From positions 209,870,001-209,934,000 of the forward strand of contig NC_042997.1 in NCBI RefSeq assembly GCF_006345805.1: a stretch of 64,000 nt of DNA, read 5' to 3'. How positions within the stretch are numbered: the first letter of the stretch is position 1; each line of letters opens with the position of its first letter. The notes beneath the pieces are model-generated. The model did no database searches and had not been told where the DNA came from. It saw only the letters and a list, made by a program, of their open reading frames with translations. Below are positions 1 to 10,630 of the stretch, piece by piece. Both the position numbers and the translations under genes were made by a program. The DNA is from Octopus sinensis (lineage: Eukaryota).

Positions 1-473
1 ACCTTGGTGGAATTTGAACTCAGAACGTAGCGGCAGATGAAGTACCGCTAAGCATTTCACCCAGCATGCTAATGTTCCTGCCAGCTCACCGCCTTGCTCC
101 AATCTGATCTGGCAATGTTTCCCAGATTAGATTCCAGCATTGCCCAGGCTCCAATCTGATCTGGCAATGTTTCTACGGCTGGATGTCCCTCCTAATGCCA
201 ACCACTCCAAGAGTGTATTGGGTGCTTTTTACATGCCACTGGCACGAGGGCCAGTCAGGCGGTACTGGCATCAACCACACTTGAATAGTGCTTTTTACGT
301 GCCACCGGCACAGAGAACCAGTCAGACAATACTGGCAACGACCCATGCATGAATGGTGCTTATTGCATGCCATCAGCATGGGAGTGAGTCAGACATCACT
401 GGCATCGGCCACAACTACAATTTCCATTTGATTTTGAATGTCTCTTTGAAAAACCAAAGAGAAAGAGGATAAC

Positions 474-790
474 TCATCATCATTGTCCGACCGTGGTCGA
501 GACAATGGAATTTACTAAGTTACACCAGACTTCACGGTTGATCATAGCATTACGGGGGTCCTGTTGCTGGATGCCTGTATCCCTGGAGATTACACCAGGG
601 TAGGAGAGTGTGCGCCCTCTGGTATCGCGAGCAGATGGCTTCCAGAGGAGAAGAGTAGAAATTACCTCTTTTTCAGCTCTACAACAATGTCCAGCAAACT
701 GGACTCTCCTACCTTTCACAAGAGATGATACTAGTGGTAATTTCCCATATATTTGTACTTTGGTTGGATGACGCTTCCACGAGAGATTTT
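474..790 (-). mobile_element. RTE-type LINE 3' fragment
   Basis: SWKRHPTKVQIYGKLP...RRVQFAGHC...VWCNLV* followed by a (GAT)n tail. Confidence 0.75.
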
Positions 791-940
791 GAGCTCTCAT
801 AAGGATAACTATGAACACCTTCTTCTAAATCTCCAGCTTCTATATCCAGGTTTAAAATCTGAATTTACACCAATGATAATTGGCGCACTTGGGATTGTGA
901 GTAAATACCTAAATGACAATCTGGACAGGTTAGGGTCCAC
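790..940 (+). mobile_element. RLE-type (R2/NeSL/R4-like) non-LTR element C-terminal remnant
   Basis: KDNYEHL...LYPG..FTPMIIGALGIV resembles the end of restriction-like endonuclease domains. Confidence 0.5.
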
Positions 941-1344
941 AAAAAAAAAAAAGAATCAACCAAATGACTTGCATATTACAAATGTAGTCTGTAAGTAGAA
1001 CAGTGAAAATATGCAAGACTTTTCTCAAGTTTAAAATGTGACATTCCATGCTAGCATGGAAAGCAGACATTAAATGATGATGATGATGATATGTGTGTGT
1101 GTGAGTGTATATATATATATATATATACAATGATGATGATGATGAGAGCAAACAAATCTCTAAGCTTTTGAGCATCTTCAAATCCTTTCTTATTTTGGCT
1201 ACAGCTCTTATCCAACATCCAACTCTGACACTAATTAGATCACCCAGGTAACAGAAACAACCAACTCTTTGTAGTGAGTTATCTGAGTAGCTCAGGTACT
1301 CATCTCTTAGGCACCTCTACACCTAATCACTTCTGTATATCTAT

Positions 1345-1590
1345 CTGTTCATGAGGTACTCTGTTCATGGGGTACCCTGTTCACGAGGCACATTTTTGTG
1401 TGGTACCCTATTCACAAGGTACCCTGTTCATAAGGCACTTTTTCAGGTGGTACTCTGTTCATGAGGTACCATGATCATGAGGTACCCTGTTCATGAAGCA
1501 CTTTTCATGTGGTACCCTGTTCATGAGGTACACTGTTCATGTGGTACCCTGTTCACGAGGTACTCTGTTCATGATGTACCCTGTTCATGT
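1345..1590. repeat. Degenerate ~16-bp minisatellite (CATGAGGTACYCTGTT)
   Basis: Repeated catgaggtac..ctgtt units. Confidence 0.85.
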
Positions 1591-1705
1591 TGGAGATAAA
1601 AATGCTGAAGTAAATAAATAAAAGATTTGTAAAACAAACAAACAAAATTGACAAGAACAACAAAAGATATTAAAAAAGAATATGAATCAATAATGATGTT
1701 GTTAC

Positions 1706-2635
1706 CTTTGGAGTAAAGGCTTGTCTTGTATGTTGTTTGGTACTTGACCTGGGATGGCCTGAGGGGTTAACGGGGTTTGCTCGTGATGCACTTTCTTCTT
1801 TCACCGGTCGTGTACTCGAGGACTCTTTGCTTGGCTGACTGTCACATTCCATTTTCTCTTCTTTCACCGATCCCGCTGGGTCCTTTACTGCTTTCTCTTG
1901 GTGTGGGTCGGTGGGTCTGCCCGGTGTGGCTGCTGTGTCCCCCTCGGACGTCAGAGAACTGTTTAACGTTGAAACAACAGGAACAATGTGGGGCGAATTG
2001 ATCACACTGCCTGAATCGGAAGCAGTGTCAGTGCTTTCACTGCCGGGGCCAGACGAGCCCCCAAAACGGGTTTCAATTTTAAGAGGTTTCGTCACATCCG
2101 TAGAGGACACAGTTTTCGGCAGAGTGACCTCTCCTTCCCTGTCGTCAGTGACTGCGATGTGTATTTTGACGTTACTTTCTTTAACGGTGTGTAACTGGTG
2201 CCGTTGTAGGTTCTCTGCAGAAAGTCTAGTAACGTCAGCTTTGGCGGAATGTGGGGGTAAGGTCTGAGGGGGCTGGAGGGTGGCTGACGGAGGTTGGGGG
2301 TTAGGATCTGTTAAGTTATTTTCAGTCTCTTTATCTTCCATTGGTTTCACCTCCTCCAGGATGGGGCTCTTGGCGTAATTATGACTGTCGAGAGCAGCCG
2401 GGAGCCTTGCAGTGATTGTGGTCACAACGGGAGCAGTGCTGGTGGCCGAAGTGGACGACGCTGAAGTGGAGGTGGCATTAGGAGTGTCTTCTGGGGTGGC
2501 TTTGGTCTCGTTCGGTTGTGTTTGGGAATTTGGTTTGGAAGCAGCGTTAGGGTTCTGTTGAGCTGCAGATTTGGAATCTGTGTTTGCGTTCCCTTTGTCA
2601 GAGCTCTGATGGACTGGAGACATGACTTTCACCAT
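1706..2635 (-). CDS. BAP1: BAP1 exon 10, large low-complexity middle region (MVKVMSP...RQAFTPK); the gene continues beyond the window start
   Basis: 930-nt open frame, CAG acceptor, GTAAC donor, phase 0 at both ends. Contains HNYAKSP and ESTDTAS motifs shared with vertebrate BAP1, and ends at ...PK like the human exon before the ULD. Confidence 0.9.
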
Positions 2636-4800
2636 CTGCAAATAACGGCATCAACAAACAAAAGAGAATAACAGAGAAAATAATGGCAAAGATCTGAAGA
2701 GCAATTACAATACCAACAACACACACATTACATTCTTTTTCACAATGTTCATGTATTTACACAAACACACACACATATATACATACATACCATACACACA
2801 ATACATCTATCTATATCTATAACATAAATTGGACATGGGCGATCGTTGTATTCTTTCTTGTCTTGAGGTTCACAGCCAAACAGCTGGGTGGATTTGCATG
2901 AAAAATGGCACACATGTGGGGACAAGTGCATAGATTGGAATGCAGTTTGTATTTTTTTCCTAACCCTCACAGTTACCGAGAAAATCGATCTGGAGCTGTT
3001 TTCTAACAGAGGTGGGGGAAAAATTTTCATACACCTGGCGGCTCCGATTGAAACAGGGGACCCGAAATGATAAAGTTGAGAAACACTGTTATAGATTATA
3101 CCTAACCGAAAATGATCACAGTCACATCTTTCAAACAGACTGGGTGAAACTGGGCTTAACTGCTTGTATATATATATCTGACTCACCTACTCCCTATTTC
3201 TTACCCTTCTCCCTGTTTCAACTCTACAGCAAGACATCCACCCCTGTCCTTTTATACCTTTATTCTTTCATCAACTGGCACAAAGCTCCCCTCTCCCCCT
3301 CAATACTACTCCCCACCACCTCCTGGTTGAGGGTTTTTTATTTTGCAAGTTGGTGACCCTGTTGCTGCCGGTGCCACATAAAAAGCACCCAGTACACACC
3401 GTAAAGTGGTTGTTAGCGTTAGGAAGGGCACCCAGCTGTAGAAACCATGCTGAAACAGACAATTGGTGCCTGGTGCAGCTCCCGGTCTTACCAGCTCCTG
3501 TCAAATTGTCCAACCCAGCATGGAAAACAGATGTTAAATGATGATGATGATGATGATGCTATCAGGATAAAAATCAAAGAAAGGAATTGGAAAATCATTT
3601 TAATATTCTATCATTATCCAATACAATCAATCTTGAGTAATGCTGTAACCATTCCTTCAGCTTTTGATTAATTCTGATATGCTACATAGACTTTCTCCCA
3701 TAACACATGCTCAACAAAATTCCTTGGAATTCTGTAAAAAAAATGCTATGCCAGTTGGCTGTGAAATCTCCTAAAAATACACACCCCAAGTTGGGCGTGT
3801 CCACAAGGGCATATCTTACTATAATTGGCCTCGTGTCTGTCCGTCCGGCTGTCAGTGATCTTTTCACGGTCAAACGACTGGTTACACTTGCATGAAACTT
3901 GGCAGTCTTACTAAGGATGTCTTGAGAATGGTTTATATCATGTTTAAAAAATTTTATAGGAAAAATTTGCTGTACGGCTTTGATTAGTATGAAATTTAAG
4001 GAAGCCATTTCTGTATACATAAATAAAAATAAATTGTACGGAAATCTGTGACAGTAACTAAACAGAAAGAAAACCCTAAATGGCATTTATGAAAGTTGAA
4101 AACAGTACTTTCAATTCTTCTTTCATTATTATCTCTACAATGGTTCTGGGTGTTGATGGGGTGTATGACACACAAAGTGTGTGAGAGACACACAGACAGA
4201 GAGCGAAAGACAGAGTTCAGGCAGAGAGCGAAGACAGAGTTGATGGAAATTATCACCAGTATCCGCAGGATTTCCTTAACTTGAATCCATTGGGACTACC
4301 TATTTCTTTACTACCCAGAAGGGGCTAAACAAGGATAGACAAACGGATTAAGTCGATTATACCGACCCCAGTGCTTAACTGGTACTTAATTTATCGACCC
4401 CGAAAGGATGAAAGGCAAAGTCGACCTTGGCGGAATTTGAACTCAGAACGTAACGGCAGACGAAATACCTATTTCCTTACTATCCAGATGGGGCTAAACA
4501 GTGCGTAACTGGTACTTATTTAATCGACCCCCGAAAGGATGAAAGGCAAAGTTGACCTCGACGGAATTTGAACTTAGAACGTAGTGGTAGACGAAATACC
4601 ACAAAGCATTTCGCCCAGCGTGCTAACATTTTTGATGCATAGGATTTCATTGTAAAAGTACTGTCCTATAATGCTCCTACGAAATTTTTACCCTGCCAAT
4701 GGACATTGCAATGGAACAAGGTACACCATCATGCAACTCAATTCTCATGTCATCGACGCAGTGATAGCAATTGGCCCTCAAAGTGTTTATATCTTGGAAG

Positions 4801-5390
4801 AAAACTGAAGGTAAAAAAACATATATGCACATAAAATTACAAATATATAGAACGGCCTATCAAGAAAAGAGGTATATACAATTGACTAAAAATAAGTAAT
4901 CAAAATAGATTACTAAAGCAGGTCAGGAGACTAAAAAAGTAAAAAAAAACCAACAAAATTTTTAAAATATCAAAAATATATCAATCGACGAAAAAAGTTT
5001 TTACTCCCCTCAAATATGCCAAAAAGTGCATTTCATAAGAACCATGGTAGGTTGAGGTCCAAGGAATGTAAGAGAATTCCACAAAATCAAATCAAAACAC
5101 ATCTTACACTCCTTGGACTTCAACCTCCATGGTCTTTATGAAACGAACTATTTTGACACATTTTTTGTTTGAGAGGAATAAAAACTTTTATTTTAGTCGA
5201 TTGATATATTTTTTTATATATTTTAAAAAATATTTTAAAAAAGTTTTTTTTATTTTTTTAGTCACCTGACCCACTTTAGTAATCCATTTTGATTAATTAT
5301 TTCAATCGATTGTAAATACCTCTTTTCTTGATAAGCCGTTCTATATATTTGTATTTTTATGTACATATATATTTTCTACCTTCTGTGTTT
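4801..5390. mobile_element. AT-rich foldback/MITE-like palindrome
   Basis: Left arm (atatagaacggcctatcaagaaaagaggtat...) is the imperfect reverse complement of the right arm (...atacctcttttcttgataagccgttctatat); centre about 5080-5100. Confidence 0.75.
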
Positions 5391-5602
5391 TTTATATATA
5401 TATTCTTTATATGTTAAAGGTCATGGAAATATTTATATATCGTCAAATGTATGGAAGTCTGGTGTTATATAAAGTCACTGACTTGAATTTGATGTTTCTC
5501 CTCTAATCAATGTTTTTCTGTCTCAATTTCATTTGAGCGCTTCCTTTTTGCAGTCCTATAAACCCTTTTGTCTCAATAAAAAGAGGCAATAATTATTTCT
5601 TG

Positions 5603-5604
<2 letters not shown>

Positions 5605-5638
<34 letters not shown>

Positions 5639-6233
5639 CTGTATGTGTAAAGTAACAGTTTTAGAAAAAAATCCCACTAATTAACATATATCCATTAATC
5701 CCAAAATTTATATATATATCTTCGTTACAATATCATAAATGAGGAGAAGAGCATACCCTACAAAATATAGAGCAGTTGTTTATTTATGTATCGGTAAAGT
5801 AACAGTTTTAGAAACAAACCACTGGTTTCATATCTAGTGTGAACTAGACACATCTTCAGTTTCTCTAAAACCTAGTTTTCAAGCGAAGGAAGACAACTCA
5901 CCCAGCCATAACTTTTTCAGAGGAATATTTCTTCAACTGCTGCCGGTATTCTTGTGTTTTTAAAAAACATTCTTTGCACACTAGCCGTCGTGACATCAAT
6001 TTGACGAAATCTGCCCCAAAGTGTAAAATTTCGCCCTTTTATGCACATTCACAAAAATGACGACGACACGGTTTCGATACCAGAATCTGCTTATTGTTTT
6101 CGTCAAATTGGTCCTACCCATTAATAGAGATTTTAATTTTTTGAAAAATGTTGAAATTTGATGAAAAATGTTTCATGGCTATAAACAGACATCTTACTAA
6201 TGGTAATTTTTTACTGGGTACCTCAGCTAGTAG

Positions 6234-6264
<31 letters not shown>

Positions 6265-6868
6265 ATATATATTTCTGTATGTGTAAAGTAACAGTTTTAG
6301 AAAAAAATCCCACTAATTAACATATATCCATTAATCCCAAAATTATATATATATCTTCGTTACAATATCATAAATGAGGAGAAGAGCATACCCTACAAAA
6401 TATAGAGCAGTTGTTTATTTATGTATCGGTAAAGTAACAGTTTTAGAAACAAACCACTGGTTTCATATCTAGTGTGAACTAGACACATCTTCAGTTTCTC
6501 TAAAACCTAGTTTTCAAGCGAAGGAAGACAACTCACCCAGCCATAACTTTTTCAGAGGAATATTTCTTCAACTGCTGCCGGTATTCTTGTGTTTTTAAAA
6601 AACATTCTTTGCACACTAGCCGTCGTGACATCAATTTGACGAAATCTGCCCCAAAGTGTAAAATTTCGCCCTTTTATGCACATTCACAAAAATGACGACG
6701 ACACGGTTTCGATACCAGAATCTGCTTATTGTTTTCGTCAAATTGGTCCTACCCATTAATAGAGATTTTAATTTTTTGAAAAATGTTGAAATTTGATGAA
6801 AAATGTTTCATGGCTATAAACAGACATCTTACTAATGGTAATTTTTTACTGGGTACCTCAGCTAGTAG

Positions 6869-6900
<32 letters not shown>
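5605..6900 (+). repeat. Near-perfect ~636-bp tandem duplication bounded by (TA)n; unit ends CTAG-T, possibly Helitron-like
   Basis: Units 5636-6230 and 6272-6865; the only difference seen is one T. The Helitron call rests on the 3' CAGCTAGT only. Confidence 0.7.
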
Positions 6901-6938
<38 letters not shown>

Positions 6939-6949
6939 ATGTATATAGC

Positions 6950-7550
6950 TATGGTGTGACCTCACCTGGAATTTGCATCACTAGTCTGGAACCCCTATCT
7001 TGCCCACGATATTAATCATCTGGAAACCGTTCAGTGACGTGCAACCAAGAGAATACCCTCCATCAGGCATTTGCCATATTCTGAACGCCTTACTTCCCTG
7101 GGAATGGATACATTGAAACTCCGACGTCTGGCAGCTGAATTGGCAGACACCCATAAAATTATTAACCATCTTACCAACAATAACTCTGAGCACCTTTTCA
7201 AACACCACCTGTCTAACACCCGTGGACATGTTTACAAAGTCAGAAAACAGCACAGCTCTCATGTGCTTTTGGAAATATTTTTTCACACTAAGAGTTGCTG
7301 AAGTATGGAACAAACTACCTGCATCAGTTGTTAGTTGTCGGAGTACCTCATCCTTCAAAACTTCCATGCTTTCTGAGATTCACCAATACTACACCGGATT
7401 TTCTCCCCTCCATACACACGCAAGCATGTATCTGACTCATACACTGTTCACTTCCCAGACATTTGTACATTACTGCATATGCTTTATATGCACTTTCTAA
7501 CAAGTTGTGGTGCATCTGGGCACTGTAAGCAATAATTTCATTATTATTAT
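6950..7550 (+). mobile_element. CR1-type LINE 3' fragment
   Basis: WNPYLAHDINHLETVQ*RATKRIP...YSERL...LRRL...TRGH...FFTLRVAEVWNKLP; (ATT)n tail. Confidence 0.85.
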
Positions 7551-7786
7551 ACACACACACACATAAATTTTCGTAAATAAACCTGAAGGCTGAAAAGTTA
7601 CAGAGAAAAAGTGATCACCAAGGTCTTTTATACAATTACTATAATAATATATTATGATAATATATATGCTCCTATTATGTCACTTTAATTGAAGTATAAT
7701 CATCGTTTAATGTCTGTTTTCCATGCCGGCATGGGTTGGATGGTTCGACTGAGGTCTGGGAAGCCAGGAGGCTGCACCAGGTTTCA

Positions 7787-7827
<41 letters not shown>

Positions 7828-8137
7828 CATATATATATATGTATATATATATACACATACACATACATATGTATATATATGTCTGTATGTATATGCGCAG
7901 TCACATATATCTGTTTGACACATGTATGTGTGTGTAAGTGTTTATAGAGATATGTGCGTGTGGGCGTGTGCATAAGTATATATTGATATACAGGGAGATA
8001 AGTAAACAGAGATAAATATATAAACACACAGAGTCATATATACAGGGAAAGCAGACAGATTTATAAAAATATATCGAGAGAGGGTCACTTTTAATAATTA
8101 CAAATAATGTTATCAAAAGATTATTGTTATCAGAATT

Positions 8138-8660
8138 ACGAGGGTGAGTCAAAAAGTAATGCCATTTCATTTAGGACAGGTATAATTACCAACGCATGAA
8201 CATGTATCATACATCAAAATGAAGCTGGTCCTCTGTGGATCACATCCCTATTTCTCAACATAGTCACTGTTTCTCTCAATAGCAATGTTCCACCTTCAAA
8301 TGAAAGCATGTATCCCAGCCCGGTAAAATTCTGTTGACTGTTCTTTGAGCCACTTCTTCACTACAGTTTTCCCTTACTTGTCACTGGAGTAATGTTTGCC
8401 TCTCAAACCCTCTTTCATGGGGCCGAAGAGATGATAGTCCAGTGACGAGGAAGTGAAAACTGTAGTGAAGAAGTGGCTCAAAGAACAGTCAACAGAATTT
8501 TACGGGGCAGGGATACATGCTCTCATTCAAAGGTGAAACATTGCTATTGAGAGAAACGGTGACTATGTTGAGAAGTAGGGATGTGATCCACAGAGGACCA
8601 GCTTCATTTTGATGTATGATACAAGTTCCTGTGTTGGTAATTATACCTGTCCTAAACAAA
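8138..8660. mobile_element. Mariner-derived foldback MITE
   Basis: TACGAGGGTGAGTCAAAAAGT mariner-type end; 219-bp inverted arms (8170-8388 and 8438-8656) encoding the transposase C-terminus (VKKWLKEQSTEFY...NGDYVEK). Confidence 0.8.
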
Positions 8661-8899
8661 ATGCCTCACAGTAGGGCCTGACATCTTGATTCAAAATTTT
8701 AAATTATCTGCATTAACTCTGGATATTGTTATCAATATTTCATGTAAACTTCTAAACAGCTGCTATAATCACTAGGGAGATCAAAAGAAAAGTATACGAG
8801 CTGTAGAGGATACAGTAGAAGAATGGCAATGGTGGTGGGAAGTAATGGAGGTGATGGTGATGGTGGTGGTGGTGGTGTCATGATATGGTGGTGCTGGGA

Positions 8900-9161
8900 G
8901 TTGAGATGTTGGTGTGTTAAGTCGGGCCAGTGTGGTCGGCTCAGTCATTTCCATCCCTCTTCTCATCCGGTCACTTTCGTTCTTCTTCAATACATGACTC
9001 AACCATTCCAACCTATTTCTCTTCACAACATCAGTTGCTGGAGAAAGAAAGATGAAGAATTGTAGAGAATGCTGCGAAATAAATCTCCAGGTCAATAAAC
9101 CCAAGAAACAACAACTGTCTTCAGTTTTTCCTCTTCCTGGCATAAACCCAAACTGAATCAC
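8900..9161 (-). mobile_element. RTE-like LINE remnant
   Basis: QFGFMPGRG and RNRLEWLSHV-like peptides. Confidence 0.45.
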
Positions 9162-9283
9162 ACTGTGGCAGATTTTCTATGGTTGGATGCCCTTTCTGTC
9201 ACCAACCCTCACTTGTTTCCAACTAAGGTAATATTTACATTATTTACATTCGACAGATATTTGTCCTCATCTTGTTTGTTTTT

Positions 9284-9329
9284 AACACAACATTTCGGCT
9301 GATATACCCTCCAGCCTTCATCAGGTGTC
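9284..9329 (-). ncRNA. Hammerhead family 1 copy with stem III C>T change
   Basis: Reverse complement reads gacac-CTGATGA-aggctg...cagcc-GAAA-TGTT-gtgtt. Confidence 0.65.
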
Positions 9330-9529
9330 ATGGGGGAAACTTCGAACCTGGGTTCTCATTCCTAAGGTATTTTACGATGTTGTTGTTGTTGTTATTATTA
9401 TTATTATTCATGTCACTGCCTGGAATCAAACACAGCCATATGCTGTGGCGTAGTGGTTAAGGGCGCGAGCTACTAACACCAAGATTCCAAGTTCGATTCC
9501 AGGCAGTGGCCTGAATAATAATAATAATG

Positions 9530-9560
<31 letters not shown>

Positions 9561-9639
9561 TAATAATAACAATAATAATAAGAAGAATAACATCGAAAAA
9601 TATCTTAGGAATGAGGACCCAGGTCTGAAATTTCCCCAA

Positions 9640-9685
9640 GACACCTGATGAAGGCTGGAGGGTATATCAGCCGAAACGTTGTGTT
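9640..9685 (+). ncRNA. Minimal type-I hammerhead ribozyme (family 1, intact core)
   Basis: gacac-CTGATGA-A-ggctg[gagggtatat]cagcc-GAAA-C-GTT-gtgtt. Stem I gacac/gtgtt, stem II ggctg/cagcc, loopless palindromic stem III (AACGTT). Confidence 0.8.
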
Positions 9686-9840
9686 AACAACAAACAAGAT
9701 GAGGACAAATATCTGTCAAATGTAAATAATGTACATAATTCCTCATCTCTTAAATGTAGAAATGTAAGGTAATATTTCCTCATGACCAGACAGGCTTTTG
9801 TGGGGGACTGGCAATGAATACCATTGCTCATATGATTTAC

Positions 9841-10630
9841 AAGGACTTAGGCTGCTAAAATTGTCTCAAGGGAAGAAATTCTCCTTAGGGACAATATGTA
9901 TGAAAAACACAGCATTGGGCTATGAATGATGCCATCGAATTGTAGGCTGCATGCATTTCTGCATTGTTGCACCTCGTCAGCTATAGATGCTGGGTCATTC
10001 TTCACGGCCACTAAAAATTTCTGGTTCTTGTATTAGAAAATCGAATGGTACCTGTACTGTTGTGTGAAAAGCTGCTTAGTATACCTCTAATTAATAAATA
10101 ATTAATTCCAGTTTGAGGAAGCTTCGTGTTCAACAGCAAAAGTACCATTTGCTGGTCTAATATAGGAACAAGTTTTTAGTAACCAACCATGAATGATGAC
10201 TCAGTATTTGTAGCTGATGATTCACAACAACGCAGAAATGCTTGCATCCCACAATCCAATATCATTCATAGCCCAATGGTGTGGTTTTTCCCCAAATTTT
10301 GTGTATAAGGAGAATTCTTTTGTTTCTGGAAACAGTTTCTGCAGCCTATATCTTTCCGTGTTTCCATGTCCAAGTGTGCATGAACCTATTACATATGATT
10401 ATACCCAACTATATTTTATTCAACACTTTTTAGTGTGCCTGTAACTTTTACACACACACACACATGATGGCTTCTTTTGCACACAACACCACATGTACCA
10501 TTCGATGTTCTAATATAAGAACCAGAAATTTTTAGTGGCTGTGAAGAATGACCCAGCATCTATAGCTGACGAGGTGCAACAACGCAGAAATGCATGCATC
10601 CTACAATTCTGTTGAGACAATTTTAGCAGC
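9841..10630. repeat. Long imperfect inverted repeat (arms about 9841-10070 and 10475-10630)
   Basis: gcacctcgtcagctatagatgctgggtcattcttcac versus gtgaagaatgacccagcatctatagctgacgaggtgc; outer aaggacttaggctgctaaaattgtctcaa versus its reverse complement. Confidence 0.8.

Larger units (their letters stand above)
9231..9775. mobile_element. Inverted pair of tRNA-head/(AAT)n/hammerhead short retroelement (Penelope-like or SINE-like)
   Basis: A box TGGCGTAGTGG 9446-9456, B box GTTCGATTCC 9491-9500, (AAT)n, hammerhead and AT-rich tail on +; mirror copy on - at about 9231-9431. Confidence 0.75.

Noticed and set aside
1140-1190. DLKMLKSLEICLL on -, superficially like the next BAP1 exon (ELLALLKCVEAEI)
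   Set aside because: Purine-rich acceptor, no donor, and it runs straight into a (TCA)n microsatellite. The real ULD exons are probably outside the window.
9442-9512. Possible tRNA gene (also 27009-27070 and 43170-43235)
   Set aside because: A and B boxes are present but the cloverleaf is imperfect and each continues into a repeat body; these are SINE heads.
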